Below are positions 37,676-46,023 of a stretch of DNA of 61,496 nt, piece after piece. The notes beneath the pieces are model-generated. The model was not told the origin of the DNA. It searched no databases and worked only from the letters and a program-made list of their open reading frames with translations. The DNA is taken from the UHGV virus genome UHGV-0350099. The stretch is one strand, 5' to 3'. This stretch comes from a virus. The position numbers and the translations under genes are program-made. Position 1 is the first letter of the stretch; every line of letters begins with the position of its first letter.

Positions 37676-38007
37676 AGGCCATCCCATTCGCGCTGTTGTT
37701 CCTTTCTTCGATCGTTGTGGCCGACACCACTGTTTATCAGTGTGAAATGTCTGTAGCCGACGTTAAGAATGGCGCTCTTACCGACGTCATAAAAGCACCA
37801 TATGGAGCGATGGTCGTAGACAGCGGCGACCAGTTCTATGTTGTGCGTGACGATCGAGTGTTGTCATCCCCATATCTCACAAATCGTAATGGCAAATTAA
37901 CCGGCGTCGGAGAAGACCACTTCGTATACAACAAATACAAGGGCTTCTATGGCGTTCACGCTTCTCAGCAAAGCTACCTTTTCGATGACTGCAAGGAGGT
38001 TGGATAA
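37672..38007 (+). CDS. Secreted protein (signal peptide)
   Basis: N-terminal MKAIPFALLFLSSIVVA signal-like sequence; 111 aa. Confidence 0.45.
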   Translation: MKAIPFALLFLSSIVVADTTVYQCEMSVADVKNGALTDVIKAPYGAMVVDSGDQFYVVRDDRVLSSPYLTNRNGKLTGVGEDHFVYNKYKGFYGVHASQQSYLFDDCKEVG

Positions 38008-38219
38008 TGGCATTAACACTGGCAGGTCTGGAAATCGAGAAAACAAGCGGCTACTGGCGTGCTAAGGGTTTCAAGCAGCCTGGCATTCTTGAGCGTCTGG
38101 AACGTGAAGATGGGTATATCGTCCACCAGCGGCGTGAATGGCGTATGTACGATCCAGAAACAGGAAAACTGACTACAAAAGCCGGAACACTTTGGGGTCT
38201 GTTGAAGAAAATACACTAA
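38007..38219 (+). CDS. Hypothetical small protein
   Basis: 70-aa ORF, ATGG-coupled to previous gene. Confidence 0.4.
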   Translation: MALTLAGLEIEKTSGYWRAKGFKQPGILERLEREDGYIVHQRREWRMYDPETGKLTTKAGTLWGLLKKIH

Positions 38220-38224
38220 TAGCA

Positions 38225-38708
38225 CCAACCACTGCGGTGAGTAGTCTGCTCACCGCATTCGTATCCAGCTCATTATCCACTGTAGTCAGTAACAAAACCT
38301 TCCTACATATCTGCTAACCACTGTAGCGAGTAGACAGCCTTTCATTCGCATCAAACAACCACTATGGTGAGTATTGGAGTGAGATGTCCAGCGGGTATCC
38401 ACTATGGTGAGTAAGCCTTTGCTGTTTTCAGTGGATATCCACTCGCCACAGTGGATACGCTCAAAGATGAGGGCGACAACAACCACTATAGACAGTAAAT
38501 TTTCCAAGATACCCAGTGACCACTAACCTCGCAGCCCTTGTTTCATCAGTGTTAGTGATCACTAACATTTAATTCAGTATTTGCATTCTACTGCCTACAG
38601 TGGTTATCAACAGATAACGATACTCACTATAGTGGATAGCGAATTACAGATATAAGTAAGGCTCACTACAGTGGATAGTGAGCCTTACTACTAACTACAG
38701 TGGTTGGG
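38225..38708. repeat. Iteron-like repeat array downstream of repA (incA-like copy-control candidate)
   Basis: About 11 copies of CCACTRTRG(N)GAGTA / CTACAGTGGWTA at roughly 40-bp spacing, both orientations; core CACTATAGTG is palindromic. Confidence 0.6.
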
Positions 38709-39764
38709 CTATTTGCGAGTCTTTGCCTTGCGCAACTCTTCGAGAAGCGCCAGTTCTTCTTTACTCAACATGACCATTTTGCCTTCTTTTTCGTCAGGCA
38801 CAACGTCGATAATGTCATCTTGATTCTCATCTGGGAGGCTATATTCCGTCTCATCATTATCGATTTTTGTTGATATTTGTGCCTGGCGTAACTTTGGCCG
38901 CCTATAGTGGATGACGAAGTAGACCGAGTTTCCGCGCTTAACTTCCGTGTAATCGAGATATCCTATCTCTCGCAGCTGTTCCATAGCCTTTCTTACCGTC
39001 GCATTCTGAGTAATAGTGCGACTTGTCAGATTAAGTCTGGCGCGTAAACGGGCTAGTGATATTGGTGCCGGATCAGGCGGCAAACTTTCAATAAAAGTAT
39101 AAAGCGCCTGAGCGGATTCTTTTCTTGAGAGTTCGTTTATAGCCCGGAGTTGCAGAAGAACCTTTTTGTCGAACTGGTAGAGTTCGAAAATCTTGGGATC
39201 TGCTTTCAGTTCGACCGTATCGTGCTTGACACTATATTTTGCCGTTTGCACAAGATGCGTTACGTAAAACTCATCAGAGCCTTTGCTACGGAACGAGATG
39301 GTATTTGTGGCAATACGGCTTAGCGAACTGTCCAGGCGTTTGCGTAACTTCGCTGATGACCTGGCGGTCGGAATGCCACACAGCCTTACAAACTCAACGA
39401 ACGGCAACGTGACAGTATCGCCAACGACCTTGTGTTTGGCAAACGCGTGGATTATTCCCACCCACGTTTTAAAGTCGTTATCCATATCAAGCCGAAGGCC
39501 AGAGATCCTTATGTCTTCGTACCCTTCGGCTTTTGCCAGAGACAGCTGTTTGAGTTCAGCAGAGGCATCCATAGAGACCATTTGCCCCTTTCTTCCTCTG
39601 GATGTCGATTTCAGCGTCGGAACGAAGAGGCCCAGACGCATCAAAGCAACAGGCTGAACAGTGTTATTAGTGTTAGGAACCAACGTAACAACTTCGCCTG
39701 TCTTTTTATCTGTTTCTGAAAATGCTTCAACGATCGCTATGTTTTTATTGCCGTTTTCGCTCAT
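38709..39764 (-). CDS. repA: Iteron-type plasmid replication initiator RepA (P1 RepA / RepFIB-like)
   Basis: 351 aa flanked by iteron arrays; [47 protein letters not shown] segments recalled as matching P1-type RepA (no search run). Confidence 0.8.
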   Translation of the reverse strand: MSENGNKNIAIVEAFSETDKKTGEVVTLVPNTNNTVQPVALMRLGLFVPTLKSTSRGRKGQMVSMDASAELKQLSLAKAEGYEDIRISGLRLDMDNDFKTWVGIIHAFAKHKVVGDTVTLPFVEFVRLCGIPTARSSAKLRKRLDSSLSRIATNTISFRSKGSDEFYVTHLVQTAKYSVKHDTVELKADPKIFELYQFDKKVLLQLRAINELSRKESAQALYTFIESLPPDPAPISLARLRARLNLTSRTITQNATVRKAMEQLREIGYLDYTEVKRGNSVYFVIHYRRPKLRQAQISTKIDNDETEYSLPDENQDDIIDVVPDEKEGKMVMLSKEELALLEELRKAKTRK

Positions 39765-39804
39765 TCCAAATGTCTCTTGTTATTCGACGGCTTTGGTGGC
39801 CTTT

Positions 39805-39930
39805 GCTGATTACAGTGGATAGTAGCACTCATCACAGCGGTTATCCTACCGTCTATAGTGGTTTTTCTCCTCTCTATAGTGGTTGCTTTGCTCCCTATAG
39901 TGGATTATTCGCTCTCTATAGTGGATATCG
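39805..39930. repeat. Origin iterons (6 direct repeats, about 21-bp spacing)
   Basis: YTCTATAGTGGWT cores at 39811, 39833, 39853, 39875, 39896, 39917. Confidence 0.7.
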
Positions 39931-39964
39931 ATCATGTCTGAAGGCAGATGGCACAACGGTTTGA

Positions 39965-40050
39965 GGTGGGCGGGGATCTTATTGGGTCTTTATGGGTCTC
40001 TTTGGTTCTCTTTGTGATCTGAATTACTGGATCGGGCCTGTGGATAAAAA
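39965..40050. promoter_or_regulatory. Degenerate GATC-heptamer region plus DnaA-box-like TGTGGATAA
   Basis: GGGATCTTATT/GGGTCTTTAT/GGGTCTCTTT/GTGATCT repeats; TGTGGATAA at 40039-40047. Confidence 0.45.
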
Positions 40051-40204
40051 TCAGAGGATTTCAAGAACAGGTAACTCTACTCTTCTGTGGATATTTAAGG
40101 ACATAAGAATCATGACTAAGAGTAGAGTTTAAAATATATCTATGTATATCAGTATGTTAATGAAGAATTAAGTCATTAAGTTATCCATAAAAGACAATGT
40201 GCTC

Positions 40205-40310
40205 TACTCTCTACAGTGGATATATACAGCTCTCCAGAGTGGTTGTTTTACTCTTCATAGCGGTTATTCAGCTCTCTACAGAGGTTTCTTTGCTCTCCAT
40301 AGTGGATGGC
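40205..40310. repeat. Second iteron set (5 repeats), part of duplicated origin module
   Basis: CTCTACAGTGG, CTCCAGAGTGG, CTTCATAGCGG, CTCTACAGAGG, CTCCATAGTGG at 21-22-bp spacing. Confidence 0.6.
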
Positions 40311-40344
40311 AACACCCTTTCAGACCAGTAACCGCAACGGCTAG

Positions 40345-40420
40345 AGGCGATCGGGGATCTCTTTGGATCTTCTATTTGATCTTACTTGGGATCTCTTATT
40401 TGGATCTATCCAGTGGATAA
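40345..40420. promoter_or_regulatory. Cluster of six GATC sites at 11-13-bp spacing plus DnaA-box-like CAGTGGATAA
   Basis: CGATCGGGGATCTCTTTGGATCTTCTATTTGATCTTACTTGGGATCTCTTATTTGGATCTATCCAGTGGATAA. Confidence 0.55.
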
Positions 40421-40507
40421 CTGGGATAAGTAAAACAGGCAAATGCAGATTAAGGTATGCCTAATGAGTTATCGTAGCATCGGCCAATAACTACTGAAAA
40501 AACGATT

Positions 40508-41152
40508 ATGGATCTAAAACGCACGCGCTGGGTTCGTCGTCTTGAGGACGGCTCCTACACTATCGAATCAAATTCCAACCTGAATAAGCAGAAGTTACTT
40601 TGTGATATCTGCGGTATAGCGGCGAAGTGCCCGATCTACGAAACCAGAATTAAACTTGATAAGGCTGGTGTGAACTTTCATTTGAATAGTTGTATCAGGT
40701 ACGTTCCATTGCTCGCATTTCGTAAACCGATCATCGGATTGGATGCGCCCTACTTCAACACACTCCGTTCAGGAGTAACGTGGCGAGATCGTTTATCACC
40801 AGACAAACTGATTTGCCTTGTATCCGCAGATACAGGAAAAATCATTCGTTTTGGGAAAGTAGACAAGGTTTACTCAGGCCCAGTTGACGAGATGTTGCGG
40901 AAACACAGCCGGTTTAATCACCTCTGCATGGGTGGTGAGAAAATCGAGAAGGTTGAAGAAGTGATCCGCAAATCCTACGGACACTTCCTGACCAAAGATA
41001 GCCTGCTCACCGCAATCTACATCAGACATGTAAAACGTGAGTTCGACCTCGAATACCACAGCGAAGAAGAGCTTAACCTTGTTGACCCACGTCCAAAAGC
41101 TGGCGTCATAAGCATAAACGCAGCGCGTAAAAAGCCCACTGACGCGCTGTAA
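40508..41152 (+). CDS. Hypothetical protein
   Basis: 214-aa ORF next to origin region; no motif recognised. Confidence 0.5.
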   Translation: MDLKRTRWVRRLEDGSYTIESNSNLNKQKLLCDICGIAAKCPIYETRIKLDKAGVNFHLNSCIRYVPLLAFRKPIIGLDAPYFNTLRSGVTWRDRLSPDKLICLVSADTGKIIRFGKVDKVYSGPVDEMLRKHSRFNHLCMGGEKIEKVEEVIRKSYGHFLTKDSLLTAIYIRHVKREFDLEYHSEEELNLVDPRPKAGVISINAARKKPTDAL

Positions 41153-41276
41153 CCCTCCAGATCGTATATTGGCGTAGATAGAATCTACGCCCCCTCAAAA
41201 TAGCTCTCATAGCGTTCTACAGTGATCCTGTCTTATTTTTAGTCATACAGACAAGCAAAGTTGCGTCACAACAAAT

Positions 41277-41294
41277 AGGTATATACTTACTTAT
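41277..41294. promoter_or_regulatory. Palindromic intergenic motif AGGTATATACTTACTTAT
   Basis: Member of dispersed TAAGTA/TACTTA family, upstream of sbcD-like gene. Confidence 0.4.
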
Positions 41295-41406
41295 AAATTT
41301 TGTATATTAAGACGCTCGTTTCATTCCTAACATACCGTTATGCATAGTTGTTTACCTTCTCATTGCTCTTAAAATTTGTATCAAAATAACCACAAAGGAA
41401 AAACAC

Positions 41407-42492
41407 ATGACTTTGCCATACGGCGTCATTTCTGACTGCCACTACCACAAATGGGATGCGTTCTCCACGACGAACGCAGAGGGGCTTAACTCCAGACTTG
41501 AAATACAGTTGGAAGCAACGAAAGAAGCAGCCATCGCCATGAAGAAGGCCGGTTGTAAGTACATGTTGGTTGCCGGTGACACATTTCACGTCCGAGGAAC
41601 TGTGTCCCCTTCTGTTTTGCATTACGTAACTGAAACGTACAAGTGGATTATCAACGAGCTTGATCTGACAGTAGTAATGCTGGCCGGTAATCACGATCTT
41701 GAAACCAACGATTCAGTATATAGCGCCAACGCAGCAGCATCGCTGAGTTCTATCGGCGTGGTAATCGTATGTGGCAAGCGCCCACACTCAATAAAAATTG
41801 GTGATGTGACTGTCCACCTGATTAGCTGGCGTAACAATCATGCGGAGCTTATCAGCGATCTGAAAGCATTACGTAAGAGCGTAGAAGGTGATAATCATGA
41901 CGTTGTTATCCATACATCCATTAACAAAGCCATTCCAACAATGCCTGACGTCGGTATCGATGCGCAGGAGTTAAAGGATATCGGCTTTCGTCTCGTGCTT
42001 AGTGGGCATTACCACAACCACAAAGAGGTCATTCCTGGAGTTATCAGTGTCGGTGCACTGACTCATCAAAATTGGGGAGATGTTGGATCTCTGGCTGGCT
42101 ACATGATCGTAAACCCGGACGGCAGTTTCAGTCACTACGAAACCAGTGCGCCTAAATTCATTAACCTGGAAGATGATGTTGCTGATGACCAAATTCGCGG
42201 CAACTACGTGCGTTTCCGCGCCGTAATTGAGAACGATGAAGAAGGCATTAAGTACCAGAACATCCTCAAAACAATGGGTGCAAAAGGTGTCGTGTGCAAC
42301 TTCATCCGTAAGTCATCAATGATGGAAGGGACAGCCAGCACAACTGAAACCAGCAAAATCGATAGCCTGGGAGAGTCGGTATCTGCTTATTGCAAGATTG
42401 TCCACGATACTGACGGCGGATTTGATCTGAGCAAGTTGGATATTTTGTGTCAGGAAATCCTCACCGAAGCGGAGAGTTCGGAGGCTGTGTGA
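41407..42492 (+). CDS. sbcD: SbcD/Mre11-family nuclease (metallophosphatase)
   Basis: Phosphoesterase motifs SDCHYH, AGDTFH, GNHD, SGHYHN. Confidence 0.8.
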   Translation: MTLPYGVISDCHYHKWDAFSTTNAEGLNSRLEIQLEATKEAAIAMKKAGCKYMLVAGDTFHVRGTVSPSVLHYVTETYKWIINELDLTVVMLAGNHDLETNDSVYSANAAASLSSIGVVIVCGKRPHSIKIGDVTVHLISWRNNHAELISDLKALRKSVEGDNHDVVIHTSINKAIPTMPDVGIDAQELKDIGFRLVLSGHYHNHKEVIPGVISVGALTHQNWGDVGSLAGYMIVNPDGSFSHYETSAPKFINLEDDVADDQIRGNYVRFRAVIENDEEGIKYQNILKTMGAKGVVCNFIRKSSMMEGTASTTETSKIDSLGESVSAYCKIVHDTDGGFDLSKLDILCQEILTEAESSEAV

Positions 42493-42533
42493 GGCAAAGT
42501 CGTTATGGGAGCTTTCGAGACTTTGCCATCACG

Positions 42534-42725
42534 ATGAAAAGACTTGAACGAGGCCAGACGGTGATGTTTCACAAGCCCTACCCGCCACAAGGAAATCCCG
42601 TAGCGTTTTATCTTGGAAGGTTAACCAGAAAAGGCGTATTGAGGCGCAGATCCTTCCCGGCGCATACGGAGTTCAGATTGAAAGAAGGTCAAAAGCTAAC
42701 ACACGGTATCAAAGGTGTTATATGA
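42534..42725 (+). CDS. Small basic protein between sbcD and sbcC
   Basis: About 63 aa from ATG 42534; ATGA-coupled to sbcC start; preceded by hairpin GGCAAAGTC...GACTTTGCC. Confidence 0.3.
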   Translation: MKRLERGQTVMFHKPYPPQGNPVAFYLGRLTRKGVLRRRSFPAHTEFRLKEGQKLTHGIKGVI

Positions 42726-44638
42726 AGTTTTTAAAGCTCCAGGTTGAGAATTTTATGGCTATCGCCAGCGCGGAGGTCGAGTTAGATCAGCGTGGTTTAG
42801 TGCTCATTCAGGGTGTTAATAGTGATGATAGTTCCGCATCAAGTAATGGCTCTGGAAAGTCAACGCTAATGAATAGCCTGATGTGGTGTCTTTATGGCGA
42901 AACAGCTCATGGTGTGAAGGGTGACGATGTGTTGTCTACCGACCATGAAAAGAACTGTCGTGTTGCAGTAACCATCGAGGATGAAGGCAAGAGATATGCG
43001 ATCATTCGTCACCGTAAACACAAAGAGTTCAAAAATCGGCTTATCGTTCGTGGTGAAGACGGCGATATGACGAAAGGCAAAGATGCGCTGACGCAGGAGT
43101 TCGTCGAGCGTCTGATCGGTGCATCTAAAGAGGTTTTCATGGCTTCCATCTATGCGAGCCAAGAAGCTATGCCAGATTTACCTGGAATGTCCGACAAAAA
43201 CCTCAAAACCATCGTAGAAGAAGCCGCTGGCGTTGACAGACTGACACGCGCCTACGCTATTGCTCGTGAGCGAGCTAATGCAGCTGCCGCACGTATGGAT
43301 GTGGTTAAAACCAAATTGGAGTCGACAATCTCGACCATTGAGGCAACACAGTCAGAAATTGAGTCAGCGAAAGCCTCCTCTGAATCATGGGAGCAAGAGC
43401 GTTCTAAACGTTATGACGATGCCCTGGCTGGGCTGGCCAGTGCCGAAGTTGAGTTAACGGAAGTTGAACTTGAGATCCGCACTCTTCCCGAACAGATACG
43501 TGATACCGAGAAGGCAATCGAAAGTGAGCGCAAAAAGTTAGCCTCAAAAGAAGAACATGACGCCAAGTTGCTCAAAGTTCGTGGTGCGATAACTGATATT
43601 CGGGCAAGCATCAAAGCTACAGAAAATAGTCAGGCTGATGCAATGAACCGCGCGCGTAATTTTAAGACCAAAGCAGAAGAGGTTGGTACTAAAGTGGGAT
43701 CACCATGCCCTACTTGTGGCAAAGCCTACTGCGAAGAAGATCTATCAACGGTGAAGGAGAATTTCATTGAACAAGCACGTCAGGAAATTGGTCAGGCGAA
43801 GACACTTGCAGAGGCAATGGCTAAACACAAAACGAATCTTGAGAAAGCGTTAAGCATTGAGTCTGCCCTTGTTAAAACGACACCTGATGTAACGGCTATC
43901 ATTGCCCGGATTGAAGAGCTTACGAAACAACTCTCATCTTTGCGTCATCGTGAGAAGGAGGTTGTTGCTATTGAGTCTCTTGTGACTCGTGCTCGTACTG
44001 AGGTCGATCGTATATCAAAAGAGATTAATCCGTTTATTGCTCTTATCGCCAGACACGAAGATAACCTGGTATCCAGTAAGTCTACCTTCAAGTCCTTAAA
44101 AGATGAGTTGAAGGCTATTCAGGAACAAACGTTGCTATTGGAAAAAGCTCGTCAGGTCTACTCTCCTGCCGGGGTGCGTTCTCATATTTTGACGTCTGTT
44201 ACGCCTTTCCTGAATACACGCACTGCCGAGTATCTCAATACGTTGTCTGACGGGAATATTACTGCTGAGTGGTCGACGATGGATGTCACTAAAAAAGGTG
44301 AGTATCGCGACAAATTCAACATTAGTGTGCAGAAGAAAGGTTCAAGTAAGTCGTTCCAGACCCTCTCTGGTGGTGAGAAGCGGAAGGTTCGCATTGCGTG
44401 TTCTTTGGCATTGCAGGATCTGGTTAGTAACCGGGCGAGTAAAAACATCGATTTGTTTATCGGCGACGAAATTGACGATGCACTCGATACAGCCGGTCTT
44501 GAACGCCTCATGGGTATTCTGGAGTCCAAAGCTCGCGAGCGAGGTACTGTGCTGATTATCTCCCATAAAGAGATGAAGTCATGGTTCCGGGAAACTATTA
44601 CGCTGGAAGTTAAAGAGGGGCGCAGCTATGTCGTTTAA
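42722..44638 (+). CDS. sbcC: SbcC/Rad50-family ATPase
   Basis: Walker A NGSGKST, central coiled coil with zinc hook CPTCG, signature LSGGEKRKV, Walker B LFIGDEIDDALD. Confidence 0.8.
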   Translation: MKFLKLQVENFMAIASAEVELDQRGLVLIQGVNSDDSSASSNGSGKSTLMNSLMWCLYGETAHGVKGDDVLSTDHEKNCRVAVTIEDEGKRYAIIRHRKHKEFKNRLIVRGEDGDMTKGKDALTQEFVERLIGASKEVFMASIYASQEAMPDLPGMSDKNLKTIVEEAAGVDRLTRAYAIARERANAAAARMDVVKTKLESTISTIEATQSEIESAKASSESWEQERSKRYDDALAGLASAEVELTEVELEIRTLPEQIRDTEKAIESERKKLASKEEHDAKLLKVRGAITDIRASIKATENSQADAMNRARNFKTKAEEVGTKVGSPCPTCGKAYCEEDLSTVKENFIEQARQEIGQAKTLAEAMAKHKTNLEKALSIESALVKTTPDVTAIIARIEELTKQLSSLRHREKEVVAIESLVTRARTEVDRISKEINPFIALIARHEDNLVSSKSTFKSLKDELKAIQEQTLLLEKARQVYSPAGVRSHILTSVTPFLNTRTAEYLNTLSDGNITAEWSTMDVTKKGEYRDKFNISVQKKGSSKSFQTLSGGEKRKVRIACSLALQDLVSNRASKNIDLFIGDEIDDALDTAGLERLMGILESKARERGTVLIISHKEMKSWFRETITLEVKEGRSYVV

Positions 44639-45371
44639 ATTAAGCCGCTCGCAGTTTTTGCAGGTATTTGCAGTGATGCAGTCGATAAAACTGATCAATG
44701 GGCATACTTCCAATGGTGCGGCTCCACGTATTCTGTGGGGCAGCAACAATATTGACGGAGTACAATTCGCCGCGTTGCTTGGTCTAATATCCGAGACGCC
44801 ATTGATGCAAAGTTTGAAATCACTACCACCTGGATGTATTGCGCCGATCCTGATTAATCCTTTTGTTGAGGGGGGATATCTTCCCAACGTCGGGCCTGGG
44901 TTTATTGCATCCCATGAAACTGAAGATCTTAACATTAATAGCGAAGGGTTCTTTGGGGGAATGGGTGCGCATCACTGTATGGCTTTCACGAACCTTATTC
45001 GACTTGCCAATAAGCGGGTGGATAGTTTGGCATCGCCAGGTGATGCTTTTACTGGTTTCCTTATCCAAAGGAGGGATAAAAAGTACAGTGCGGACAAACT
45101 ACAGTTTGTTGGTAAGTATGGAGAAATGGTAGAAATCGAACTTCAGCTCCCTCATGTTTTAGCAAACGATAGTGCAGACAGTCGGAGGCTATTGGGCATC
45201 ATGCGTCATTTCATAGCAAGTGGTGTTAAACATGCCGCAGATAAACGTGTCACGCAGGAAAATGAGTATTCAGACTTTGCAAACTATCCCCAACCAACGT
45301 TGCAAACGGCAATAGTAGCCAATTCGTTGGAGGCGAGATTATTGGAAAACCCTATATGGGGAACATGGTAA
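44628..45371 (+). CDS. Hypothetical protein
   Basis: 247-aa ORF overlapping sbcC end; no motif recognised. Confidence 0.5.
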   Translation: MSFKLSRSQFLQVFAVMQSIKLINGHTSNGAAPRILWGSNNIDGVQFAALLGLISETPLMQSLKSLPPGCIAPILINPFVEGGYLPNVGPGFIASHETEDLNINSEGFFGGMGAHHCMAFTNLIRLANKRVDSLASPGDAFTGFLIQRRDKKYSADKLQFVGKYGEMVEIELQLPHVLANDSADSRRLLGIMRHFIASGVKHAADKRVTQENEYSDFANYPQPTLQTAIVANSLEARLLENPIWGTW

Positions 45372-45380
45372 GGAGACTAT

Positions 45381-45950
45381 ATGAGTAAAAAAATCAGCGT
45401 AGTTGGTGTTGATCCCTCAATGAGCAACTTTGGGCTTGCTGTGGGCACTTTAGACCTTGAGACGGACGAACTTGAGATTCACGGCCTTACTCTTGTTGAG
45501 ACTAAAGCGGGGAGTAACAAAAAGACCGTTCGTGTGAACAGTGACGATCTGCGCCGCGCCAGTGAAATATGGCGTGTTGCGAAGCCAATCATTGATAAGG
45601 CAAATATGGTTTTTTGTGAGCTACCGGTTGGGAGCCAAAACTCTCGTTCGCAGACGTCTTACGGTATTTGTATCGGTGTACTTGCGTGTGTGGATAAGCC
45701 ATTGATCCAGGTTACTCCAAACGAAATCAAGCATTTTGTCGGCAATAAACTTACTACATCGAAAGAAGAGATTATCCAGTGGGCTACGAAAAAACACCCT
45801 AAAGCACCGTGGCTGCGTCGTAAGCAATCTGGACAGGATGTTCTCGTGAACAAAAACGAACATTTGGCTGATGCGGTGGCTGCCATCCATACCGGTATGC
45901 AAACAGATCAGTTCCGCCAGGTGCGCGATGTTCTTAAGTCTCTCATTTGA
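45381..45950 (+). CDS. RuvC-like Holliday junction resolvase (RNase H fold)
   Basis: VVGVDPSMSNFGLAVG N-terminus, acidic residues in CELPVG, C-terminal HLADAVAAIHTG resembling RuvC catalytic end. Confidence 0.5.
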   Translation: MSKKISVVGVDPSMSNFGLAVGTLDLETDELEIHGLTLVETKAGSNKKTVRVNSDDLRRASEIWRVAKPIIDKANMVFCELPVGSQNSRSQTSYGICIGVLACVDKPLIQVTPNEIKHFVGNKLTTSKEEIIQWATKKHPKAPWLRRKQSGQDVLVNKNEHLADAVAAIHTGMQTDQFRQVRDVLKSLI

Positions 45951-45957
45951 TTTCATT

Positions 45958-45978
45958 GATAGGTAAGTGCTTATCTAT
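45958..45978. promoter_or_regulatory. Palindromic intergenic motif GATAGGTAAGTGCTTATCTAT
   Basis: Shares GGTAAGTGCTTA core with the palindrome upstream of the XRE repressor. Confidence 0.5.
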
Positions 45979-45984
45979 TAACAT

Positions 45985-46015
45985 GGGCCACTATATTTAG
46001 TGGCCCTCTTTATTT
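45985..46015 (+). terminator. Rho-independent terminator
   Basis: GGGCCACT-ATATTT-AGTGGCCC followed by TCTTTATTT. Confidence 0.55.
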
Positions 46016-46023
46016 GGTGATAC

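Noticed and set aside
38225-40320. Repeat arrays considered as a possible CRISPR array
   Set aside because: Repeats are about 10-15 bp cores at 21-22 or about 40-bp periodicity with no unique spacers of CRISPR size and no cas genes; they flank a Rep-like gene and are accompanied by GATC clusters and DnaA-like boxes, so iterons fit better.
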